Positions 39,550 to 50,854 of a DNA stretch of 64,000 bases are shown one piece after another (the first letter of the stretch is position 1; every line of letters begins with the position of its first letter). The DNA is from Saccostrea echinata (lineage: Eukaryota), in contig NW_026889774.1 in the NCBI RefSeq assembly GCF_033153115.1, positions 12,772,001 through 12,836,000 on the forward strand, written 5' to 3'. The translations under genes and the position numbers were made by a program. Under the pieces are notes generated by a model. It was not told the origin of the DNA. It ran no database searches and worked only from the letters and a program-made list of their open reading frames with translations.

Positions 39550-39784
39550 CTTATTTACAATAGCCTTATGTTCTATTCCAGACGTGGAAAGTTTACCGGA
39601 AGTTCACATAGAAAACAGGAAGTTGGCGTACACAGTTTCTTAATCTCCAGAACGTTTTTGTTAAAGAAAATGGAGACACAATATACAGTCTGAAAAGTTA
39701 CACGGAATTATCCCCACGTCACCGAAACAGACGTCTCAAACTAACAAATTTCATACCACGGTACTGGAGGAATTAGATTGAAAT
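39550..39784. promoter_or_regulatory. Putative bidirectional promoter and 5' UTRs shared by SEC16 and SEC22B
   Basis: A minus-strand donor AAG|GTATTT at 39550/39549 fits a non-coding SEC16 exon 1, since the ATG exon begins ttgacag|tATG at 36983. Motifs: GACGTGG 39581-39587, CCGGAAGT 39596-39603, CAGGAAGT 39616-39623, CCACGTCA 39714-39721, AGACGTCT 39729-39736. Confidence 0.7.
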
Positions 39785-42700
39785 ATGGTGCTCATGACAT
39801 TGATTGCGAGGGTGGCGGACGCCCTTCCATTGGCAGCGTCAATGCAGGAGGATGAACAGGTAAACAACTGATCTCTTATCCGCAGTTTCTTTTATACCAG
39901 ATAAAAATAAAATAAAAATTTTTAAAGTTAGCAGTAAGAGATACGTATTTATTGAAGAAGAAGACTTTCAAAATTAAGAGGAACCTGTATACAATACATG
40001 GTATATATTCATCACTGCTGCTGCTATTAAGCACTCTCATGATACTGTAGTGATTTCTGGAGTTTGTTGTGGACAGACAGTTCTTAAAAAGTGTCTCCTG
40101 TGATTGCTTCCCCATTCAATGCCTATCCTATTATCTTTTGTGTTGTGTCCATTGTCAAGAACTGGCTAATAAACTGTTAGGAAAGTGCTTAGTTGGAGGA
40201 GTTAAGTGGTAAGGGTGAAATTATAATCTCGGACATGCAGTTGAATCAAGAATCATTTCAGGGTCCACGATAGTCGAAAATATCTGAGGTTTTCCAGTTG
40301 TTCTTCATGATTTTGATAATTGACGTGCCAGGGAAACATCAGAACTGGCCCCATTATAAAAAGGTGAAATTTCGCTGCCACCAACTGAACTTGAAATTTA
40401 AAAACTTACAGATCGAATTAAATGACAGCTCACAACTTATCAATAGAACAATGCCTCTACTTCTCACAAATATCACTGAAAAGAAAATGTCACTCCACAT
40501 TTCGATACAGGTGTATGAGATTTTAAAATGCAGGAAATCAAAACAAAACCTCTAAAGTTTGATAAAATGTTTTCAATAGACAGTCAAACACTTTATAAAA
40601 CAAAGAACAAGCGATAGTGGTAAGTACTAGAAGTATTGCACTGTTGATAAGATGTGAGTTAGATGTTTAATTCGGTTCACGTGCACCAAAAGTCAGTTGG
40701 AGGCAGCAAATTTCCACTTATTTTCTTAATGACACTTACCGGTTCTGACTTTTTTCCTGGCTCCTCAAATATCAAAATTGTGAAAAACATATAATGGAAA
40801 ACGTCAGATATTTCAGACTATGTCCATGATTCAGTGTTCAATTCATTCCATGCCAACTGGCATTTAGCACATGCTTTCTTATTTGTGGTCCAATCAACAA
40901 GTATGTGACTAATTTGTAAATGTTAACAAAATAGATTCATTGATAAAAACTGTCCACTCACCTAACATATTTTCTTGTTTGAAAACATTTTCATTTTAAT
41001 AAATCAGGTCAGAAATAAAACTCCAATAATGTGAAAAACATGCCACTGGAAATACCTAGTTAAATCTTGTAACTTATCTGAATGTGTTACTGCACTCTGC
41101 ATTGCATTGATTGTATTTGAAAACTGAGTAAAAAAAATAATTAAGTACCTGTATCTTGTTTCTTTGATCTTACATGCAAACATGACAAAGAAACTCAAAT
41201 TATTGCATCTTCATCATTGTTACAGTCTGAGACCTTTTCTTTAATCTTGACTTCACTTTTCTCAAATTTGTGTTTAACTTTTCCTTTCACCTTCACTTCA
41301 AATTTGTGTTTAGCTTACTTTCAAAAAAAATATTCAAGATATTTGTTATCAAACTTCATTTGCTGATGCATATTGATTAGAGCTATTCAATGGCTTTAAC
41401 ATTTTTGACCTTGATCTTTCCTTTGATCTTGATTTAATTCTTTGTTGTTAGCTAACTCACTTTTTTCTGAGTATACTATTTTGCCATAGTAAATTTTCCT
41501 TTAGATGCTGGTCCCCCCCCCCCCCCCACTTTTTTGATGTTTTTAAGGTCGAGCACTGGCAAATTTCAGGATTCGGACAGTAAACTTTTTTTTGGTCAGA
41601 TAATTTTGGGAAGTTGCCACCCCCCTTTTGCTCAGTTTGTTTATTTTTTCTTGTCAGATTGGGAAGTTGGCCCCTCCCACTTGAAACCGTTGCTACGGGC
41701 CTGGCAATACTAATGAAATTGTGTGGAGCATTCTTGTGCTATGAGCATATTTCTAGTTTTTTAATTCATTATGCAGATATTTATGTAATATAGCAAAAAT
41801 CTTTTTATCCTAGATGGTTGCTATATTTTTATTAGGATGCTATAGTGCTCTGGATTTTAGATGCAGTTACAATAACCCATAATTCTGAAATATCTACCGT
41901 TATTTATACCATGATTACAGTGAATATAAAAGTAAACAAAGTTCCAGTTAGGAGAAAAAAATAATAATAGTAATGGAGCAATTATTATTAAAACATATTT
42001 CCTCTATCCATGCCTAATCACATCTGAATCTTTTGCACTTTGTCATGTCAAAATACAAGTGTGTTAGTAATTTTTGTATTTCAGTTGGTCACCCTTAAAG
42101 ATAATTAGTCAGGCTAATTGCTTCCCAGAATTATATCCACAGACAAGAAGTGCATTGTTTAGATATAGCACAGGGTGTTTCAATAAACATAACTTTGGAT
42201 GTCTATATTTTTGAAAGCAATAAGATATATCCAAAAGATGTACCCAGATAGAAAGCATTTTTCTAGGAAACAGTTTTTTTATTGGAGCTAAATTAGAGGA
42301 ATTTGAGAAATTGGACCTAAATTAGAGAAATCAGAGACAAAATATGGCTGGTGACTGAAAAACACAGCATCCCTTTAGAACACATTATACCATCATGACA
42401 TTAGATTGAAAAATGTTTCTGATGTTCATGTTTTAAAAAAACTTAAGAATAAACGATATAGTTTTTTACTTCGACTGTTATGCTTTAAAATTGTATAATT
42501 ACATTCTGTAGATTTTTGTAAAAGTTCCATTCATGAAGACAATTATTTCCCAACCTTTTTTTTTTTTTTGAAGTCAGGACAAGTTTGCTGAAACACCCTG
42601 TACTACATTTAGAGTAGATGTTCTGGTGAAATTTTCATAGAAATCAGTGTTTTACAAATAGGAGTTACATAAAGGCATTAGAAATAAAATGTAAAATGAC

Positions 42701-45700
42701 AGTAAAGTGGCATTGTCAGGGGTCTGTGAAATGGTCTCTCACAGATCCTTAGTTCTGGGTTTGTACTCAGTTAATAAATCAAATGTGTAGTACACATTGA
42801 GGTTATGATCAATTCTTGTTCAGAAGATCAGAATATAATTGATGCATGTTTACAAGACCACTAAATGCAGATACATTGTGCATGTATTGGGAATTCACTT
42901 TCTTTAAGGTCTAATCAAAGCAGGAGTATGAAAGTTGTTTATAGAATACATGTCAAACAGCGCAGTTAGGGTATGAAACAGAATAACTTGAACACTCAGA
43001 CTCTACACATGAGTGCCAGAGTTAAGATAAAAGAAAAAATTAAAATTACATGTACATCATTTTCTGAAGAAAATTTTCACCTTGTGCCTAAATTATCCAT
43101 AAAATCTACATATTACAGCAAGGGAGAGACTTGATGGAATATCAAAACCAAGGTAAACAATTGTTTAGGAAGCTGTCCCAAGATCCTCAGCCTCCCGCCA
43201 GATGTAGTCTGGAAACTGGACCATTTATATTTCAGTAAGTACAGCTAATATGATCTATGAATCTTTTACCTGAATATGAAGGGATGATTTCATTAATACT
43301 ACTATTTATTATGTTTAATATAAACACTCTGGTATACTGAAAGCTGTTAATTGTTGATTTTTGATCCCTAAATGATGTTTGGAGGGATGAAAATTCTTTT
43401 ACTTGTATAGTGTATGCAATAAATCAAATTAACAAACAGAGAGAATTCACACAATAAGAATGGAAAAGGCTATACAGTTGGTCAATAAATTGAATACCAT
43501 GTACATGTATTAATTATTTAAAATCCATTAAAGTTATTGTCCATGTTTGATTCATAAATTTGTATAAACATTTTTATATATGACTAGTTATTTAGAACAA
43601 TAAGATAGTACTGTATAGTTTCATTTTTCCTCCATATTGCATTCTGTAAGGTTTTGCATTTGTTCCCATGCCTATTTTTAGCTCTATTGGTCAGAGACCA
43701 GAAGAGTTTATGCAATAGTAAAGTGTCTGTCGTCCCTTCATCTGTCTGTCTAGTTGTCCATCTTCAAATAATTTTTCAAAATGCTACTCCTCCTACAATT
43801 TTGGTCGGTTTTCATTATCACTTGGCACACAAGTAGACTACACTAAGATGCATAATTCTGTATATCCCCAGTTTTTGATTTATAAAAATAGAAATTTCTA
43901 TGAAATACTTTCAAAACGCTACTCCTTCTATAGTTTTGCTCTGATTTTAATATTACTTGGCACACAAGTAGACTACACTAAGATTCAATGAATGGTGTTG
44001 CCATGGTTACTAAAAAAGGAAATTTCTGTGAATTACTTTCAAAACACTTCTCCTCCTTCAGTTTGGTCTGATTTGAATATAACTTGGCATGCAAGTAGAC
44101 TACACTGAGATGCATAATTGTCTTTATCATTTTTTGATTTTAATGAATGATATTGCCATGGTTACTAAAAATTGAAATTTCTGTAAATAATTTTTAAAAG
44201 ACTCCTCTTCCTACAGATTTATTCTGATCTAATTGCAATAAATTTTGCCACAAAAAGAGACTAAACCAAGGATCATTATTCTGTTTATTGCTGTTTCAAG
44301 TACAAGTGCTATTTTTCTTTCCTTTGGTTTAAGTTCAAACCAGTAGAGCTACAGTCTCATCAGAGAGTTCTGGTTTCAGTTATGTAATAGAGAGAGGGGT
44401 GTGTTTTTTGGCCCTGTGTGAGCAGTCATTCTCAAAGAGACTGGCATTTTCCTTCTTAGAAGATTTACAAACTGAATTTACTTCCCAGTATGGACAGAAA
44501 GTGGATTCTGTTTCCAGGCCATATAGTTTTATAGAATTTGGTAAGTTTTATACATTACTGTTTCAGTACAGCTCAAAATGTGTGAACTGTTTTTACAAAA
44601 ATAGTGCAAGGCATTGTAAATTACACGAATGAATATTTATTTGAAAGTTGAAACTTATGGTAAACATATTGCTAAATATTTAAAATACATTGACTGAATA
44701 TAGTAAACATGTTGAAATTTCACTTGTAAACTTGCAGTAATAAAGTACCATTCTGTTAATAAAATGTTTTATTATTGCATTATTATCACAGACTCGTACA
44801 TAAAGAAATCAAGGAAAAGTTACATGGATTCTCGAGCTAGGAAGAACCTGAGCAACATCAATTCAGAGTTACAAGACGTGCACAGGATCATGGTTCAGAA
44901 TATAGAGGATGTCTTGTTAAGGGGAGAGAATTTGTCAGGTAAAAGTCATTTATTCATTGACAGTACCTTTCTGTATTACTGCTAGAAGACATTAACAATG
45001 ACATGTCAAGTCAATGGCTCAAACAGCAACCTTAATAAATTACGATGTATGGGTCATTTCCCAAATAAAAACAGAATATTGTAATGAAACCATAACATTA
45101 CCAATGAAAAAGTGAAGATTATGAACAGTGATTGATCAAAAAAAATCTATAAACAATACAAATCTGGAGATTACATAACCATTACCTAATCAACCACTTT
45201 CCACTGTGACAAACTACCCTCTCAAATAACTGATCACTGCCACCAAAATGTGATACCCACTCAAACCACTAATCACTGTGTCAAACCCACTTAAATAGAT
45301 ACCCACTCAAGCTACTAATCACTGTGTCAATGCCACTAAAATATGATACCCACTCAAACCACTAATTACTGTGTCAAAGCCACTTAAATATAATACCCAC
45401 TAAAACCACTGTGTCAAAGCCACTTTCAAACCACTAATCATTGTGTCAAAGCCACTTTCAAACCACTAATCACTGTGTCAAAGCCACTTAAATATGATAC
45501 CCACTCAAACCACTTAAATACTGACTTAAATAACTAATCACTGTGTCAAAGCCACCAAACTGAGTCCAGCTTTCTCAAATATATTATACATATACATATC
45601 TTATCCTATGAACATGTAAGGGCAGTGATAAATTTGATGCAAAGGATTAAGTACACCCAAAGGGTGATCATAGTTTCTCTGTATCTATTTAATTTTTCTG

Positions 45701-45940
45701 CTTGTTTTAAGTTTACTTACTTTTGTAAGACTTGCATTGTCCTGAGATTGTTCATAATTTGAAGATTTTTTTCCTGTCTTTGTAGATCTTGACAGTAAGG
45801 CCAGTAATTTGTCAGTGATGTCTCAGAAATATAGAAAAGATGCTCGATACCTAAATCTGCGATCAACCTACGCAAAAATCGCAGCCATAGTCATCGTCAT
45901 CATTGTGTTGCTCCTATTCTTGAGATATATGATTTGGTGA
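39785..45940 (+). CDS. SEC22B: Vesicle-trafficking R-SNARE Sec22b, 5 exons, 217 aa
   Basis: Exons 39785-39859, 43119-43234, 44380-44540, 44792-44938, 45786-45940 (654 nt). [19 protein letters not shown] longin start, [31 protein letters not shown] region and a C-terminal transmembrane helix. Confidence 0.97.
40270..40821. mobile_element. MITE with long degenerate TIRs (same family as the 57540 hairpin)
   Basis: atagtcgaaaatatctga...tgccagggaaa...gctgccaccaactga versus tcagttggaggcagc...ttcctggc...tcagatatttcagactat. Confidence 0.7.
42171..42600. mobile_element. Mariner/pogo-type MITE
   Basis: TIR cagggtgtttca / tgaaacaccctg. Right flank TA, left flank CA. Confidence 0.7.
43678..44375 (+). 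mobile_element. Non-autonomous Helentron-type (pearl-like) element ending at the SEC22B exon 3 acceptor
   Basis: 5' ttagctctattggtcagagaccagaagag, a TCTG microsatellite, core repeats, and 3' ccagtagagctacagtctc...tctggtt. Homologous to 62459-63357. Confidence 0.8.
45190..45557. repeat. Degenerate tandem repeat of about 47 bp in SEC22B intron 4
   Basis: Unit aaaccactaatcactgtgtcaaagccacttaaatatgatacccactc, about 7 partial copies. Confidence 0.85.
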
Positions 45941-46904
45941 TGCATAATTACAGGGACATCAGTGCTGTAAAAACAAGCCTTGTCTAGTCTACCCATAATA
46001 TACAACACCTAAGAGCTTCATTGTGTTGGGAAGGGATAATTAAGTTAATGTGCATTATATTAAAGACAAAGAAATGTTATGAGGGTTTAAAATGGTGTTG
46101 TTTGGAACTACAGAAAAAATCAATTTGTGAAAAAGATAACCTGACAGACTGTTTAAATGTCAAGATTTGATTAAAAACTGATGTAAGGGATTAATATACA
46201 TAGTGGTGTGTTTGACATCTTTATTCAACTTTTTACTTTCCAATGTCTTCATGTGTTCAAAGCATGAAATAGTGCTTTAGTGGGTAGATATGTGTAAACA
46301 TGAGGGTGTGTGAACATGCTTGTTTTAATGAATGACAAGTGAAATGGTATACTGTGCCTTTAATTTTGTTTTCATCAGTTAGTCTGATCTGTTGAGGTTG
46401 TGTGTAACACTGGGTTTAATTATCAATTAAATCATGCCCTGTCATTATGTGAGTATACGGTAGTAAACTACAATAAGAGATTGGAGTAATTACTGAATTG
46501 TATGGACCTATGAACTTTTTAGTTAGTGTTATGCATAAGGATGTGTATTTATTAGATGAAAAGAATATACATGTATGTATGAATGCTTGATGTGTGTTTG
46601 TGTGTATGTGTCTTTATACATTTCACTTCATGACTTGTTGAATATACATTGAATGTAATGAATTTGTTATGATTGGATTAAACTAATTCTACAATATTCT
46701 GGAATTAAATTATTTTTTATGGATTCAGATTTATCTGGGTATTGCCATATAGTTACATCTTGTCAAGTTATTTTGCAACCATTTCCTATCTATTAAAATG
46801 CTTTACACCCCCTATCTGCTACCTCCATTCCCCACCAGTGGAAATGCAAGGAATTTCAAAGGTTCTGTAGAATAGGTGTTGGAACATCATATTGTGGTAG
46901 TATG

Positions 46905-47040
46905 TATGTTGGCTTCCGTAACCATAACTCACTGGTTAGAGCACTTGACTAGTGATACAAGGTCCCTGGTTTGATTCCCAGCCCAGCCATAGATTTTCTT
47001 TATGCATTCCTTCCTCCTTACTAAATTTGGTGGCCAGTGG
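46905..47040 (+). mobile_element. Decayed tRNA-like LTR plus PBS (relative of the TRIM at 10989-11953)
   Basis: taactcactggttagagcacttgactagtgat...ggtttgattccc (A/B-box-like), then a pyrimidine tract and aatttggtgg. Confidence 0.45.
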
Positions 47041-48343
47041 GAGGGGGGGTGGGGGTTGTTCAGGTTATTAAATTAAAAAGTCCTGGCGGGGCTCATGAAC
47101 TTGTGTCTTTGAAGTCAATATCCTTATCTCTCCATTCCGTAAAAACAATGGGCCCTGGCCCCTTCAAGGCCACAACTCCATTACTTTTAAGGAATGGATA
47201 GGTATTCAGACATCAACCTATCCTTAATCAGCCCTATCTGAGCTTAAACCTAATAACCCCTTCCAGATCCCATCCTCACAATGTCAAGGTTTTGTAATTT
47301 CGGAACTCCACACAAACCCTTGACATAAGTCACTTTTAAAAGTTGTGGTTACACATGACGTAATGGATAATTATAAACTAACCAATGAGAATGTATTTTT
47401 CAAATCCATCATTGCCAAATGCAGGAGGATAAAACGTACGCTCAACTAGGACCTCGGGTCACCCGCAAATAGTTCGTCATTTTGCGTAGTAATAAAACAT
47501 TATATGAACTCTTCAGGTATTAAAGGCACAAAAGTAAATTCATCTGTATCAATATGGTGACCTCAGGTCACCCTATATTTTGATTGAATTTTATTAAAAA
47601 AAAGTTTTCTCTGTCTTACTCCAATACAATTATATTAATAAAATTATATAGATCTTTCTAATAGATTAACAGAGACGTGAAGGTATGGTTTTAAATACTA
47701 AAACATGACAACAAGTTGATGTCATAATTAAGGCTCGGTGTCGGACGTTCCCCCCCCCCCCCCTTCACAAATGTTTCACTGGTTAACTTTATCAAACAAT
47801 ACATGTATTATTATCAGCAGTTTGAGAACCAATGTCTTTGTTACTGTGTTAAAAATTAACACACAGGGAAATTGAGACTTTTTCTTCATTCGTTCATCAG
47901 TCATAGACCTAAAGTGTTCAATTTAGGTCAATGGTTCAGAATTATCATCAGTCATCTACGATACTTAACTCTGCTTAATCTATAATTTATCCTATCTTAC
48001 ATCTGTTCCTATAGAAAAAGGAAAATCCACAGACTTTAAAAACTTTAAATGAGAAAAAAATTAAGTATAGATTTAGTTTTAATGTCCTGAATTTGTTCTC
48101 AAATTAACTGATTTTCAACTACAAATTCAAATAAAAAGGTTGAGATACCAAACAGAGATTGATCTCAAAAATCCTATTAACAAAGGAATTTGAAAACAGA
48201 GGATAAAACACAGATTCCTAAATTCCTGAGATAGGATCAGATGCATGAGAGGGATCATCCCTGGTCACATCAAATTTATTGTCACAAGCCTGCTTTGAGC
48301 AATATCTTGGATATGGAATGATAAAATAATGTGTCATATCAAT

Positions 48344-50163
48344 TCGAGACCGGAGGTCATCAGGTATTGTATATCAATAAGGAGACAAGAGTGTGCAAAA
48401 CAGTCACCAGATACCACCAATGTGAAGACTAGTGGTAAACTAATGTTTCATATCAAAACGGAGACTAGAGGTCACCTTATATTGTACATCAATAGGGAGA
48501 CCAGAGGTCACCTTCTATTGCACATCAAAACGGAGACCAGAGACCACCTTATATTGTACATCAATAGAGAGACCAGAGGTCACCTTTTATAGTACATCAA
48601 TAGGGAGACCAGTGGTAACCTTATATTATGCATAATTAGGGAGACCAGAGGTAACCTTCTATTGCACATCAAAACGGAGACCAGAGGCCATCATATATTG
48701 TACATCAATACGGAAACAATAAGACACCCTATATTGTACATAATTAGGGAGACCAGAGGTTACCTTATAATGTACATCAATACGGAGATCAAAGGACTCC
48801 TTATATTGTACATCAATAGGGAGACCAGTATTCAACTTATAGTTTACATTATTAGGGAGACCAGAGATCACCATTTATTGTATATCAGTTGGGAGACCAG
48901 GGGTCACCTTATATTGTACATAATTAGGGAGACCAAAGATCACCTTATATTGTATATTTTACATCAATAGGGAGACCAGAGGTCACCTTATATTATACAT
49001 CAATAGGGAGACCAGAGGTAACTTATTATGTACATCAATAGGGAGACCAGAGGACACCTTATATTGTACAGAATTAGGGAGACCAGAGGTCACTTATTTT
49101 GTACATCAATAGGGAAACCAGATGTAACTCATTTTGAACATCAATAGGGAGACCAGTGGTCACTTTATATATTACATAATTAGGGAGACCAAAGATCACC
49201 TTATATTGTATATCAATAGGGAGACCAGAGGTTACCTTATATTGTACATCAATAGGGAGACCAGAGGTTACCTTATATTGTATATCAATAGGGTGACCAG
49301 AGGTCACTTATTTTGTACATCAATAGGGAGACCATAGGACACCGTATATTGTAAATAATAAGGAGACCAAAGGTTACCTAATATTGTTCATCAATTGGAA
49401 GACCAGAGGTCACCATATATTGTACATAATAAGGGAGACCAGAGGTCACCTTATATTGTACATAATAAGAGAGACCAGAGGTCACCTTATATTGTATATC
49501 AATAGGGAGACAAGAGGTCACCTTATATTGTATATTGTACATCAAGAGGGAGACAAGAGGTCACATTATATACATCAATAAGGAGACTAGAGTTTACCTT
49601 ATATTGTACATCAATAGGGAGACAAGAGGTCACTTATTTTGTACATCAATAGGGAGACCAGAGGTCACCTTATATTGTACATAATTAGGGGGACCAGAGG
49701 TCACCTTATATTGTACATTAATAGGGAGACCAGAGGACACTGTATATTGTACATAATTAGGGAGACCAGAGGCCGGCCTGTTCAACAGCGCAAACGTTTG
49801 CGAGTGCTCGCCAACATTTCTGTTGAAAGAATAAGGAATTTAGGTGAGCGCTCGCCGACATTTGCTTTGTTGAACAGGCCTCTGAGGTAACTTATTTTGT
49901 ACATCAATAGGGAGACCAGAGGTCACCTTATAATGTACATAATTAGGGGGACCAGAGGTCACCTTATATTGTACATCAATAGGGAGACCAGAGGACACTG
50001 TATATTGTACATAATTAGGGAGACCAGAGGTCAACTTATATTGTACATCAATAGGGAGACCAGTTGACACCTTATTTTGTACATAATTAGGGAGACCAGA
50101 GATCACCTAATATTGTATATTGTACATGAATAGGGAGACAAGAGATTACTTTATATTGAACAT
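48344..50163 (+). repeat. 36-bp satellite array, left arm (roughly 45-50 monomers)
   Basis: Monomer agggagaccagaggtcaccttatattgtacatcaat. It produces the spurious RETRGHLILYIN ORFs. Confidence 0.95.
49770..49881. mobile_element. Small palindromic MITE inserted in the satellite (PIF/Harbinger-like)
   Basis: TIR ggcctgttcaaca / tgttgaacaggcc, with CAG / CTG (CWG) flanks, splitting one monomer gagaccag|aggtaac. Confidence 0.75.
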
Positions 50164-50216
50164 CTTGTTTCCCTATTAATGTACTTTATAAGTTGATCTC
50201 TGGTCTCCATAATGAT

Positions 50217-50630
50217 ATCTCTCAGTTGATACAATACGGAAGAGCATGTTCTACGTATGAACAATTTTTAAAACAAAGTAAGTTATTGACAAAGAAGTTG
50301 ATGAAGCAAGAATATCAGTAGTCTCGTTTAAAGTTATCATTTCGTAAGTTCTATGGTCGATACAATGACCTTGTTGGCAATTAAGTCAAATGCTGACTGA
50401 CTTTTTTCAAACTGATTGTTAGCCCATTATTCACACACTGAGTTGTCCACGGATTTTTCCGTTTTTTTCCCGAACATGATAAGGAGCACACGGCGGGTGT
50501 GACCGGTCGGCATGGGATGCTCACTCCTCCATGGCACCTGATCCCACCTCTGTTGTTTGCTCCGCTCCTATTTTGTAATGTTTAATGGACTTTTGAGCTC
50601 GAATACTGTTCGTTATCTCCACATATTTCA
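50217..50630 (+). mobile_element. 5'-truncated Penelope-like retroelement fragment (RT thumb plus 3' terminal region)
   Basis: 50217-50384 translates ISQLIQYGRACSTYEQFLKQSKLLTKKLMKQEYQ*SRLKLSFRKFYGRYNDLVGN*, resembling the PLE RT thumb. Decayed reverse copies of the 3' region lie near 48150-48270 and 45100-45170. Confidence 0.7.
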
Positions 50631-50854
50631 TAATCTTTATTTGTGTTATGATATAAAAGAACTTTTTCAATCTTTGTTTATGTAAGATATGAGAAATTAT
50701 GGAGTGAAAGAAGTAATTTTTTCTTCACATGATTATATGTTCAGAAGCTTATTTCCATAATTATTGCCTTTATTTTGTTTTTGAGTTGTCTTTTAGTTAA
50801 ACAGAGTCTAGAATCATAGAAGCCTGATCTCTGCATCCATATAAACTTTTTGTG

